Positions 10,226 through 19,269 of a stretch of 64,000 nt of DNA are shown piece by piece. The notes beneath the pieces were generated by a model, which was given only the letters and a program-made list of their open reading frames with translations, was not told where the DNA came from and made no database searches. Every line of letters begins with the position of its first letter. Within the stretch, counting starts at the first letter, position 1. Position numbers and translations under genes: made by a program. The DNA comes from Escherichia phage ZCEC14, in the sequence record OP168898.1, one strand, 5' to 3'.

Positions 10226-10411
10226 ATGACAAGTGAGCAGGCTTTTAAATTAAGAGAATTAATTGAGATGTATAGTAAAGCTGTTCATGCATCAACAGTT
10301 ATTGATGAATCAGCTTTCTCCGGACATGCTAATAAGATTAAATACAAAACTCTTATGGAAGAAGCTAAAGTAAATCTTGATTCTTATATTGAAACTTTAA
10401 TTGGTGAATAA
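10226..10411 (+). CDS. hypothetical small early protein
   Basis: 61 aa; SD AAAGGAG. Confidence 0.5.
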   Translation: MTSEQAFKLRELIEMYSKAVHASTVIDESAFSGHANKIKYKTLMEEAKVNLDSYIETLIGE

Positions 10412-10412
10412 C

Positions 10413-10679
10413 ATGAGCTTTCCTAAATTAGAAGTAGGCGATTTAGTCTTAACAAAATTGTGGAATGATGCTCAATCAGTAGAAATCTGTCAATATCGTG
10501 GAGCAACAGGTAATTTGATGTACACGATTTATAACCCAGAAATTTTGTTAGAGTGTCATTTGGAACGCTTTATAAAAGACACCGATAGTATGCCTTATAG
10601 TGTATCGATTGTACGTAAATCTGATACAAAGGAATACTCTAAAATTTTAGAACAAATTCATGCCAATAAAAAGGATTAA
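10413..10679 (+). CDS. hypothetical protein
   Basis: 88 aa from ATG 10413. Confidence 0.45.
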   Translation: MSFPKLEVGDLVLTKLWNDAQSVEICQYRGATGNLMYTIYNPEILLECHLERFIKDTDSMPYSVSIVRKSDTKEYSKILEQIHANKKD

Positions 10680-10680
10680 T

Positions 10681-11211
10681 ATGAAACGATTAGTACTAGA
10701 AGTTAGTTCACTTTTTGGTGAATTGGCTATAGAAAAAGTAAATAATATGTATCGTTTGACGCAAGAAGACGATATGCTATATTTTACGCCTAGCGAAATT
10801 ATTCATTTAACCCAAATTGAAAAACCATACACTGATAAAATTGTAAGCATTAATGATGAGCATAAAATTCATTTTTATTCTTTATGCCCAGGATTTAATA
10901 TTGAAAGCGAGTCAATATGCTTATCAATTAATAATTGGGATAATTTTATAGCTAAGATTAAATATTTCTATTATTCTAATGAAAGAAAACATGGTTTAAA
11001 ATGGTTTAAAAATTGCAATGCTATTATTACTAACGCTTGTAATCAAAATTATGAAACTGTTTTAAATGTATCAAAATGCTATGAAGAGGGAGATGTCTTA
11101 ACTATTCGTCAATCGGTAAATGATGTTAATGTTGTTGTATTAAACAAAGAAGAAGCTGTTTTATTAAAGACTTATCTTGATTCTGTCATTCCAACTATGA
11201 TTTCAAAGTGA
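10681..11211 (+). CDS. hypothetical protein, paralog of next ORF
   Basis: 176 aa from ATG 10681; C-terminus similar to 11218-11739. Confidence 0.5.
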   Translation: MKRLVLEVSSLFGELAIEKVNNMYRLTQEDDMLYFTPSEIIHLTQIEKPYTDKIVSINDEHKIHFYSLCPGFNIESESICLSINNWDNFIAKIKYFYYSNERKHGLKWFKNCNAIITNACNQNYETVLNVSKCYEEGDVLTIRQSVNDVNVVVLNKEEAVLLKTYLDSVIPTMISK

Positions 11212-11217
11212 GGAAAT

Positions 11218-11739
11218 ATGTTTATTTCAAGTGAAAGTGGTTTAATTCGTGTTGAATTTAAAAATGACATCTTCCTTATTCAAGGAGATGATAATATTAA
11301 AATGAGTTATGACGAAATTAAGAAAATTTGTCATGCTCTTGAAAGTCATGGAAAAGTAAATGCTACTATCGATATAGGCGATTTATGGGTGACACTTTAT
11401 GAAGTATCCGAAGGATTTAACATTGAAGATGAAAACAACATCTTAGCTATTGATAAAAGAAGTGATTTGTTTGATGTGTTAAAAGTTTATGAACAGTCAA
11501 ACGGTGGAAGAAAAGCCGTATTAATTTATCAAAAACCGCATTCATGTGGAACTGCTTCAATCATTTCAAATATTGAAGATGAAACTGATACTTATATGTG
11601 TGTTTTGAAAGCTGGCCGTGACCGTCATCCGGATTTTATTTCTATTCGTCAAAACAATGAAGAAATTTCATTATCAAAATCAGAAGCTGAAGCTATGATT
11701 AAGTATTTAACAACTGTTACACCTTCAATGAAAGGATAA
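11218..11739 (+). CDS. hypothetical protein, paralog of previous ORF
   Basis: 173 aa; shared C-terminal K.EA..L..YL..V.P.M motif. Confidence 0.5.
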   Translation: MFISSESGLIRVEFKNDIFLIQGDDNIKMSYDEIKKICHALESHGKVNATIDIGDLWVTLYEVSEGFNIEDENNILAIDKRSDLFDVLKVYEQSNGGRKAVLIYQKPHSCGTASIISNIEDETDTYMCVLKAGRDRHPDFISIRQNNEEISLSKSEAEAMIKYLTTVTPSMKG

Positions 11740-11741
11740 TT

Positions 11742-12203
11742 ATGATTATTAATGAAAGCTCTTGGCACTATAAATTATTCAAAATGTTTAATGATGAATG
11801 GAAACGGCCTAAGACACTATGCGCGTATTTTTGGTCTATTGTTATTCCTACATTTTTCGTTTCTTTTTTCGGATGTACTATACTCGCAGGTCTAACTATC
11901 ATCTGTGCAGAAATCATACAGAAATGGTTTATTTTTGGTAGTTTATGGACTCTTATTCCATCAGCATTTGTACTTGCCATTTTGCTTGTTTTACTTATTA
12001 TTGGTTCATTTGTTATTCCTGCACAACTGCATGAAAAATATAAAGATTATAAATGGAAAAAGGATTATGCTTTACATGTAGAAAATATTGATAGGGCGTA
12101 TAAAGGTTTACCTCCTATTCAACCCAAGAAATCTATTATCGTCGAATTTTTAAAAGCTCGTAAAGCTAAAGTATGTCCTGTTATTGAATATAAGGCTGAA
12201 TGA
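11742..12203 (+). CDS. hypothetical membrane protein
   Basis: 153 aa; two or three hydrophobic helices. Confidence 0.5.
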   Translation: MIINESSWHYKLFKMFNDEWKRPKTLCAYFWSIVIPTFFVSFFGCTILAGLTIICAEIIQKWFIFGSLWTLIPSAFVLAILLVLLIIGSFVIPAQLHEKYKDYKWKKDYALHVENIDRAYKGLPPIQPKKSIIVEFLKARKAKVCPVIEYKAE

Positions 12204-13213
12204 TGAAAACAGTAATGAAAAGCTATTTTGGTAGTCATCTTTATGGAACTTCTACTCCAGAATCTGATGTAGATTTTAAAGAAATCTTTGTTCCTCCTGC
12301 TCGCGATATTCTTATCGGAAATGTTAAAGAGCATATGAGTAAAAACACTAACAACACATCATCTAAAAACACTAAAGATGATATTGACCATGAACTATAC
12401 AGTCTTAAGTATTTCTTTAAATTAGCAGCAGACGGTGAAACTGTAGCATTGGATATGCTTCACACTCCGCCTGAACTAGTAGTTAAATCTGATTTGCCTG
12501 ATGTATGGAAATTTATCCAAGACAATCGTTCACGGTTTTATACAACTAACATGAAAGCCTATTTAGGATATGTGCGCAAGCAAGCTTCTAAATATGGTGT
12601 TAAGGGTTCTCGTTTGGCTGCATTGCGTAATGTATTGAAAGTAGTTAATCAAATCCCCGATCAGTGGGTTGATTACCGAGAAGATGGAACACAAGGACAA
12701 CGTCGTACTAAAATTGTAGATATTAAACATCGGCTTCCTGAAAACGAGTTCTGTGAATGGGTATTCCATAACCACGAGAAAACAGGTCCTCAAACGTTCT
12801 ATACTGTTCTTGGACGTAAGTACCAAACCACCTTGTCTTTAATCGAGCTCAAGCAATCTCTGAATAAGCTCGATGCGGAATATGGTGAACGTGCTCGTAA
12901 GGCTGAAGCTAATGAAGGTATTGACTGGAAAGCTCTGAGTCATGCTTATCGCGCAGGGTATCAATTGATGGAAATCTACCAAACAGGTGATTTGGTGTTC
13001 CCATTGCGCGAAGCCTCTATCATTAAGCTGATTAAAGCCGGTGAATTACCATTTAAAGAAGTTCAAGAACTTCTTGAAGATACTGTTGATTTGGTTGAAG
13101 TCCTAGCCATCCAGGCAGCTAAGAACGGTATGCCTGATAAGGTAGACATGAAGTTCTGGGACAAGTTCGTTGAAGAGGTATATCTTGAAAACCACCGAAG
13201 TTATTATAAATGA
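12200..13213 (+). CDS. putative Pol-beta-superfamily nucleotidyltransferase
   Basis: 337 aa; N-terminal GSHLYGTSTPESDVDF fits G[SG]-x9-DxD motif, later VALDML acidic residue. Confidence 0.5.
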   Translation: MMKTVMKSYFGSHLYGTSTPESDVDFKEIFVPPARDILIGNVKEHMSKNTNNTSSKNTKDDIDHELYSLKYFFKLAADGETVALDMLHTPPELVVKSDLPDVWKFIQDNRSRFYTTNMKAYLGYVRKQASKYGVKGSRLAALRNVLKVVNQIPDQWVDYREDGTQGQRRTKIVDIKHRLPENEFCEWVFHNHEKTGPQTFYTVLGRKYQTTLSLIELKQSLNKLDAEYGERARKAEANEGIDWKALSHAYRAGYQLMEIYQTGDLVFPLREASIIKLIKAGELPFKEVQELLEDTVDLVEVLAIQAAKNGMPDKVDMKFWDKFVEEVYLENHRSYYK

Positions 13214-13214
13214 T

Positions 13215-13240
13215 AGGGAGCCTTCGGTCTCCCTTTTTGT
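13215..13240 (+). terminator. intrinsic terminator, TTCG loop
   Basis: AGGGAGCC-TTCG-GTCTCCCT followed by TTTTT. Confidence 0.65.
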
Positions 13241-13261
13241 TTAAAATGACGTCACAAAGTT

Positions 13262-13291
13262 GTTTACAAGCATAAAGCTTTATGGTACTAT
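13262..13291 (+). promoter_or_regulatory. T4-type early promoter with shared leader repeat
   Basis: GTTTAC 13262-13267, -10 TACTAT 13286-13291, leader TACAACTATCAACT. Confidence 0.65.
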
Positions 13292-13326
13292 ACAACTATC
13301 AACTGATGTGGATTTGGGGGAATAAA

Positions 13327-13476
13327 ATGAAAACTACGTTAATTGAAGTAAAAAAGTTGATTGACACAGAAGAGATTTCAGCTTGTTTTGAAAATTTCTT
13401 AGAAGATGCAACTGAAGATAACGCAGTTTATCTCGCTCAGAAAATTATAGAAACATATTTGGAGCAGAATCAATGA
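13327..13476 (+). CDS. hypothetical small protein
   Basis: 49 aa from ATG 13327 (SD GGGGG); track ORF started inside the promoter. Confidence 0.4.
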   Translation: MKTTLIEVKKLIDTEEISACFENFLEDATEDNAVYLAQKIIETYLEQNQ

Positions 13477-13736
13477 CAGTTTACGTAGATGTTTTAATGA
13501 ATCATGGATGGAAACTTCGCGGTCATCCAACTAAAAATTGTCATATGTTCACTGATGGAGATATTGAAGAGCTTCATGAAATGGCAGAAGCAATAGGAAT
13601 GAAACGCTCTTGGTTTCAAGATAAACGCATTAAACATTATGACTTACACGCGCGCCGCCGCCAAAAAGCCGTAGAACTTGGAGCTGTAGAAGTATCTCGT
13701 CGCGAAGCAGTAAAAATTTGGCGAACATTAAAATAA
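13473..13736 (+). CDS. conserved hypothetical protein (MTVYVD...EELH...WFQ...HYDL pattern)
   Basis: 87 aa; locally GC-rich segment; no function assigned. Confidence 0.5.
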   Translation: MTVYVDVLMNHGWKLRGHPTKNCHMFTDGDIEELHEMAEAIGMKRSWFQDKRIKHYDLHARRRQKAVELGAVEVSRREAVKIWRTLK

Positions 13737-13739
13737 ATT

Positions 13740-13769
13740 GTTTACAGTAGGGTAGTAGTGTGATACTAT
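13740..13769 (+). promoter_or_regulatory. T4-type early promoter
   Basis: GTTTAC 13740-13745, -10 TACTAT 13764-13769. Confidence 0.6.
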
Positions 13770-13805
13770 TACCCTATCAAAACAAATGTGAAATTGGAGA
13801 ATAAA

Positions 13806-14774
13806 ATGAAAACTGTAACTATCAATAAGGGTATCTACTTCGGTAAAGAAATCTCTGGAACTTTTGAGCTCTTAGGCGAATGGTTCCCAGATAATGCTCC
13901 GGTAGATGCACAAGGAGATGGTAAAGTTTTTGTTGAAATTGACGGTAAACGTCGCGGTGTTTGGGTTTACAAATCAGATATTTCATATGATGGTGTAAAA
14001 GTTGAAGAAGTTAAAGAATCATATGAAGATATGAAAACCCGCATTAATAAAAGATTTAATGTTATGGGAATGATGACGAATGGTATTATTAATGGAAATA
14101 TTCGTTCATTGATTATCTCTGGCGCAGCAGGTATTGGTAAAACGTATTCTTTAGATAAAGCTTTAAATAAAGCAAATGATAATGGATACATTGAATATAA
14201 AAGCATTAACGGTAAAATCTCTGGTATTGGTCTTTATGAACAGCTTTGGAATAATCGTGAAGAGAATTCTGTCCTTTTGATTGATGATGTGGATGTTTTC
14301 TCTGATATGGACATTCTTAATCTTCTAAAAGCTGCTCTGGACACTGGAGAGACCCGTAAAGTCTGCTGGAGCACTGCATCTTCTTACTTAGAAGAAAAAG
14401 GCATTGACCGTGAGTTTGAATTTAAAGGAACGATTGTTTTTATCACAAACGTTGACATTGACCGCGAATTAGACCGTGGTACTAAACTTGCTCCACATTT
14501 ACAAGCATTAGTGTCCCGCTCAGTTTATTTAGATTTGGGTGTTCACACTAATGAAGAAATTATGGTCAGGGTTGAAGATGTTATTCTTTCAACTGACATG
14601 ATGCAAAAGCGCGGTCTTTCTGATGAAGAAACTTATAAAGCATTATCATGGATGAAAGTTAATGTTAATCGTTTACGCAATGTTTCACTGCGTACTGCTC
14701 TTTATCTTGCTGACTTTATTATGACCGACAAAAACGGTTGGGAAGAAATTGCTGAGGTTACTCTTCTGAAATAA
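13806..14774 (+). CDS. AAA+/P-loop ATPase
   Basis: 322 aa from ATG 13806; Walker A GAAGIGKT, Walker B LLIDDVD. Confidence 0.6.
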   Translation: MKTVTINKGIYFGKEISGTFELLGEWFPDNAPVDAQGDGKVFVEIDGKRRGVWVYKSDISYDGVKVEEVKESYEDMKTRINKRFNVMGMMTNGIINGNIRSLIISGAAGIGKTYSLDKALNKANDNGYIEYKSINGKISGIGLYEQLWNNREENSVLLIDDVDVFSDMDILNLLKAALDTGETRKVCWSTASSYLEEKGIDREFEFKGTIVFITNVDIDRELDRGTKLAPHLQALVSRSVYLDLGVHTNEEIMVRVEDVILSTDMMQKRGLSDEETYKALSWMKVNVNRLRNVSLRTALYLADFIMTDKNGWEEIAEVTLLK

Positions 14775-14875
14775 TTCATAAGAGGACTTCTATGACAAAA
14801 AGGCAGTTCAGAAATAGATTATATGGACTGCCATTAAAAAGATGACTAGAATTAAACTGGTGAATGGAGGTAGTG

Positions 14876-15178
14876 ATGTTATACTCAAAGGCTCGTGAAA
14901 TTTACGAAACTAAAATTAAAGAAGCAGTATTTCAGTTCGCAACGACAATGCGATGGACAAATGACTGGGAGTATTCAAAAAATCATAAGAAGCCCATGGT
15001 GACAAGAAAGGCTCATATGTTGGTGTTAATAGACCGTGAGCAGATTAAAGCCCGAGAAGCCCTCCAGAATCATAAAAAGGCTGCCTTTGAATGGTTTATG
15101 GATAACACTGCTCCTGAGACTAAGAAAGCAGTAAGCGCATGGTTCAGTGGAAAAAATTGTGAAAGAAGTTTCTTTTAG
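14876..15178 (+). CDS. hypothetical protein
   Basis: 100 aa from ATG 14876 with SD GGAGG. Confidence 0.45.
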   Translation: MLYSKAREIYETKIKEAVFQFATTMRWTNDWEYSKNHKKPMVTRKAHMLVLIDREQIKAREALQNHKKAAFEWFMDNTAPETKKAVSAWFSGKNCERSFF

Positions 15179-15180
15179 TG

Positions 15181-15235
15181 GTTTACAAGACTGTTCCTCT
15201 GTGGTACTATACAACTATCAACTACGGAGGAACAG
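15181..15235 (+). promoter_or_regulatory. early promoter plus leader hairpin (PeSL-like); 9-bp arms include the SD
   Basis: GTTTAC 15181-15186, -10 TACTAT 15205-15210; CTGTTCCTC 15191-15199 pairs with GAGGAACAG 15227-15235. Confidence 0.6.
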
Positions 15236-15238
15236 AAA

Positions 15239-15766
15239 ATGAACGCTAAAGATATTTTCAACTTGGTAAATTACAACGATGGCAAATTTAAATCTGAAGC
15301 GCAAAGCAAGTTCTTTAACGACATCTCAATCGGAGGTGAAATCACTGTTGATGGAGGACAAATTTACAAATCCCGTTGGAATTGGATCGTTATTATTGAT
15401 GAGATCGGTATTGTAGAAATTTACAAGAATACGAATAAAAATCGTACATTACACTGGTCTCGTGATACTAACGAACAGTACAAAAAGGATAAAGCATCTA
15501 AAATGTCTCGTGTAACTCAAGAAGATATTGAGTTCATCAAGAAAGATATTTTAATGTATGATAACTTAATTGCTGAAGAGCAAGCTGTTATTGATAAATT
15601 TGACGAGATTAAAGCTTCTCGTGAAATTCCTGATTTTATGAAAGAATCAGTAAATGAACGATACTCTCTCATTTCAGAGCGTATTGAAACTTACAAAAAG
15701 CAAAGAGCTGAACGCCAAAATACTCTTCGGAAGTTTGAAGAACGGTTAAAGACGGTACTCGCATAA
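15239..15766 (+). CDS. hypothetical protein
   Basis: 175 aa. Confidence 0.5.
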   Translation: MNAKDIFNLVNYNDGKFKSEAQSKFFNDISIGGEITVDGGQIYKSRWNWIVIIDEIGIVEIYKNTNKNRTLHWSRDTNEQYKKDKASKMSRVTQEDIEFIKKDILMYDNLIAEEQAVIDKFDEIKASREIPDFMKESVNERYSLISERIETYKKQRAERQNTLRKFEERLKTVLA

Positions 15767-15821
15767 CCGCTTTATACCAAGGATGGTATAATGGTTCTAA
15801 GCCCTTTTAATTGAGATTATT

Positions 15822-16229
15822 ATGAAACGGTTGATAATTAAAAGATTGAATTTATTGATATGTTGTTTATGTATAGTAGTTGCATATGGTTATTACGCAA
15901 TTAATGATTATATGCATTATAAAGATTATGATGTTACTGTAGTTAATACTATTACAGGAACTCAAGGAAAAGGGTCTAGTTTATCGTTTATTGCCGTATA
16001 TGAACTCAAAGACGGTTATAGATTTAGTGAATATATTTCCCCAGAGATGTATTCTTCAATAGAAAAAGGTGATAATATTACTGTAAGTTTACGTCCTTTC
16101 GACGTAAAACAGACACTGTTTGATAATATTGTTTGGTTCTTTGGGATGGTATTAGTTCAATCCGTGTGTGGCGCTTATGTAGTTTGTTCAATCATATTCT
16201 GTGTATTTAGTAAAATTGAAATTGAGTGA
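15822..16229 (+). CDS. hypothetical membrane protein
   Basis: 135 aa; N- and C-terminal hydrophobic helices. Confidence 0.5.
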   Translation: MKRLIIKRLNLLICCLCIVVAYGYYAINDYMHYKDYDVTVVNTITGTQGKGSSLSFIAVYELKDGYRFSEYISPEMYSSIEKGDNITVSLRPFDVKQTLFDNIVWFFGMVLVQSVCGAYVVCSIIFCVFSKIEIE

Positions 16230-16236
16230 GGAAAAT

Positions 16237-17127
16237 ATGTCAGTAGTAATTAATAATGTCAATGCAGTAATTAAATCTTTAGTTAATAAAAAAATGATGA
16301 ATGAATGGACTGTACTTCGTCGTGGAGAGCCAGATAAATTTTTTCATAGATTTAACCCAACTTTGGATTTGAATGTTATTGATAAAGATGTTCATGCCGA
16401 AATTTTAGATAAGTTTAAAGTTGATATTGGATTTGGATTAGAAAAACATTTACAGCGAACAAATGGATCTGGAATGAGTTTATCTAATCGCATTATGAAA
16501 GCCCTTAATAAAATTGGAGCATTGTCTCGTATTAACGCGAGTGAAATCCTTCGTAATTATAATAAAGGATACGACCTTTATGGTCGACTAATGCCGAAAT
16601 TATCATTTGACCAAATGATCGCAGATTTGTGGGAAAATCAACGACGATTATTAGCATTAGGCGCTCGATTAGCTAAAGGTCTAGATAAACAAATGATTTT
16701 TAAGACCAATAATACAGAAGACCTTAAATGCTTTAAATTTAGTACTCGTGGAGATGATTATTACGTCAGAGCTCACTCTACAGATTATGTTAATATGGGG
16801 CATCATCTCTGTTTAGCTTTTGAAGTTTTAAAAGAAGCTGGAACATTAGAATATTCATCTGGTGCTAAATGTCCGATTGGTTCAAATTGCATTTTAATTT
16901 ATCGCCCAGATGAATCCAGTTCATCTAAATTACCTACAAAACCTGTACCAGTTCGTAGTAACGAAAAACATTCTGAACAAATTGCTTATTTTAATAAGCA
17001 GATTGAAGAGCTAAATATTTCTATTCAGCAATATGATGATGAAATTTTCAGACTATCTGGATTGAGTAGTAAAGCTAAATCTGAGCGTGAAAAGTTAATT
17101 AAAATTGTCGATTTACTTAAATCTTAA
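16237..17127 (+). CDS. paralog family member 1 (coiled-coil C-terminus)
   Basis: 296 aa from ATG 16237; first of four tandem related ORFs. Confidence 0.5.
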   Translation: MSVVINNVNAVIKSLVNKKMMNEWTVLRRGEPDKFFHRFNPTLDLNVIDKDVHAEILDKFKVDIGFGLEKHLQRTNGSGMSLSNRIMKALNKIGALSRINASEILRNYNKGYDLYGRLMPKLSFDQMIADLWENQRRLLALGARLAKGLDKQMIFKTNNTEDLKCFKFSTRGDDYYVRAHSTDYVNMGHHLCLAFEVLKEAGTLEYSSGAKCPIGSNCILIYRPDESSSSKLPTKPVPVRSNEKHSEQIAYFNKQIEELNISIQQYDDEIFRLSGLSSKAKSEREKLIKIVDLLKS

Positions 17128-17135
17128 GGAACACC

Positions 17136-18158
17136 ATGAAAACTCGTTCTCAAATTGAAGATATGGTTCGTAATGCCAGCTATACCCGTGATGTTATGAC
17201 ATTTTTGTGTGAAAATAATTTAGACCCTGATAAAGTTAATCGTGTTATTCATCACTTTAAGTATACGAATAGCAGTGAATGGGTGCGTAATTTTAGTAAA
17301 GCAGGGTATATTACACAAATGACTGCTCGTGAACAGCTCACCGATTTCTGTAAAACTATTGATTATAAAAATCCTTTGATTGTTCAAGGCGTTGGTCAAA
17401 GTAAGGTCGATTTATCATCTGGATTTTTCAATCCAAATCATTATCGTATTGAATGGAGATTTATTGCTCTGTTCCGTAGACAATTAAAGCAAATTTTGTC
17501 TACTGCTAGTCGATTAAAAGGCTCTGATATTAACTTAAAGAATCTGAAATTTGATGGTTATACTCTTCAGATGGAAGTAAGACCGTTAAAAGAAAATAAT
17601 AGAACTGCGCGAATTAGCTTTAAACCTAATACAAAAAATTCTCTTTCAATTTGTGAATGCCTTAAATCGCAGTTGACAGAAGCATTTAAGTATATGGATG
17701 TTGTTGCTGCTGTTCAATCTAAGATTTTACCTCGTTTTGAGCGAAATTGGGAACATACAACAACATATGAACTTGATATGATCGTTTCATTTAAATACGA
17801 TTTTTTGAGAAAGGACGAAGTCACACAAGAGAAAAAGCAGGAAGTGCAAGATAACTTAAATTTATCCAATTACTCATCAAACGATCCTAAATTTTGGATG
17901 TATAGTTCAGGTAATAAAGATGCATGGAAATTCAATAAAGTGAATTTTCTTCCTATTGAAAATCCGAGTCTTAAACCTGTTGAAAAATGGCATGCAGATG
18001 CGATTGAGAAGTCTATCAAGGCAGTAGATGATGAACTCGTTGAAGCAACTAATGAAGTGTTAGAAGCTGAAAAGGTGTTAGAAAAAGCTCAAGAAAAAGT
18101 CAAAAATCTCACGAAGCAACGTTCTAAACTGAACAATGCACTAAATGCACTGAACTAG
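17136..18158 (+). CDS. paralog family member 2
   Basis: 340 aa; RIEWRFIALFRRQLKQILSTASRLKGSD shared with member 3. Confidence 0.55.
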   Translation: MKTRSQIEDMVRNASYTRDVMTFLCENNLDPDKVNRVIHHFKYTNSSEWVRNFSKAGYITQMTAREQLTDFCKTIDYKNPLIVQGVGQSKVDLSSGFFNPNHYRIEWRFIALFRRQLKQILSTASRLKGSDINLKNLKFDGYTLQMEVRPLKENNRTARISFKPNTKNSLSICECLKSQLTEAFKYMDVVAAVQSKILPRFERNWEHTTTYELDMIVSFKYDFLRKDEVTQEKKQEVQDNLNLSNYSSNDPKFWMYSSGNKDAWKFNKVNFLPIENPSLKPVEKWHADAIEKSIKAVDDELVEATNEVLEAEKVLEKAQEKVKNLTKQRSKLNNALNALN

Positions 18159-18187
18159 TTTACTTTACCACAAGGATGTGGTATAAT
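18158..18187 (+). promoter_or_regulatory. T4-type early promoter
   Basis: GTTTAC 18158-18163, -10 TATAAT 18182-18187; same CCACAAGGATGTGG element as at 61849. Confidence 0.65.
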
Positions 18188-18215
18188 GTTCTTACTTTCT
18201 ACTGAGGAGATTAAT

Positions 18216-19217
18216 ATGACTCGTAACGAATATATCAAATCATTTAATAGCGTTATTGATGATAAAGTTAAACCTATGTCTAGTCAGAATAACGTTATTT
18301 CCATTATCAATCAATGGCTCAATAATATTGATGTAAGCATTGTTTCTTCCAGCAAATTTATTCATGAAGTTCATAAAATTTCTAGTCGCGAAGATAAAGG
18401 TGATATTAAGGAAACCTTTAAAGGTTCTCGTCTTCTTTCATATTTAGTTAATCAGGATATTCTTGGTAATTTTGGGAAAGAAATTAAACGAACCAAAGAT
18501 GTAGTAGGATATAATTGGTTTGGTGATGTTAATTCTTATCATCTTAATAATAAAGAAGACCCTGAGAATATTTTTACTCGTCGTTGGATTAGTAATTTCA
18601 GACTTTTCAAAAAGCAAATTCTAAAATCAGCTTCTAAATTATGCTATGGTGATTATCGTCAAATTCATCCTTGGGCTTCTGACATGATTATCATAAAAGA
18701 ATATGAACTTGATAAAAATAAAGCAGCTATTTTTGTGAATTATGGATTTTTTACACCAGAAGCTAATCAAAAGAACATTAATAAATTTTTCTCAATTGCT
18801 AGTGATATAACTCGTCAATTAGAGACTGCATTATTTTGTATGGAAACGGTAGAAAATATTCATACTTATCCTTTTAAGAATATGTGCGGCTGGGAAGGAT
18901 ATAAAATTGTAGTTAGTCTCCGTGAAGTAAAGTGCGCGTACTCACCGACTGATAAAGAAATTTACCAACAAAAATGTGATGAAATTGTGAATACTCCTAA
19001 AGAAGAAACTACCCTTGAGGAACTAATGGAATGTCTTGATGATTCACTTGAACCGGTAGAAATTCGTCCAGAAGTTATTGCACTAGAAAAAGCTTATAAA
19101 GAAGTTCTAGAAATTTCTAATAAAGCACAGAAAGAATATGAGCAGGCTAAAAGGATTTGGGAAGAATCTGTTAATCGCCTGGATCGTCTTGAACAAGCTT
19201 TACAGTTAATTAAGTAA
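18216..19217 (+). CDS. paralog family member 3
   Basis: 333 aa from ATG 18216; TRRWISNFRLFKKQILKSASKLCYGD. Confidence 0.55.
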   Translation: MTRNEYIKSFNSVIDDKVKPMSSQNNVISIINQWLNNIDVSIVSSSKFIHEVHKISSREDKGDIKETFKGSRLLSYLVNQDILGNFGKEIKRTKDVVGYNWFGDVNSYHLNNKEDPENIFTRRWISNFRLFKKQILKSASKLCYGDYRQIHPWASDMIIIKEYELDKNKAAIFVNYGFFTPEANQKNINKFFSIASDITRQLETALFCMETVENIHTYPFKNMCGWEGYKIVVSLREVKCAYSPTDKEIYQQKCDEIVNTPKEETTLEELMECLDDSLEPVEIRPEVIALEKAYKEVLEISNKAQKEYEQAKRIWEESVNRLDRLEQALQLIK

Positions 19218-19269
19218 TTTAAAGCCAAGGATGGCTCGGAGTATAAATCATTAACCAAGTGAGAAGAAC

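Noticed and set aside
10122-10226. 34-codon hydrophobic mini-ORF after the 10064 promoter
   Set aside because: Too short and without comparative support, although it has an SD (AGGAGAAG); could be a leader peptide.
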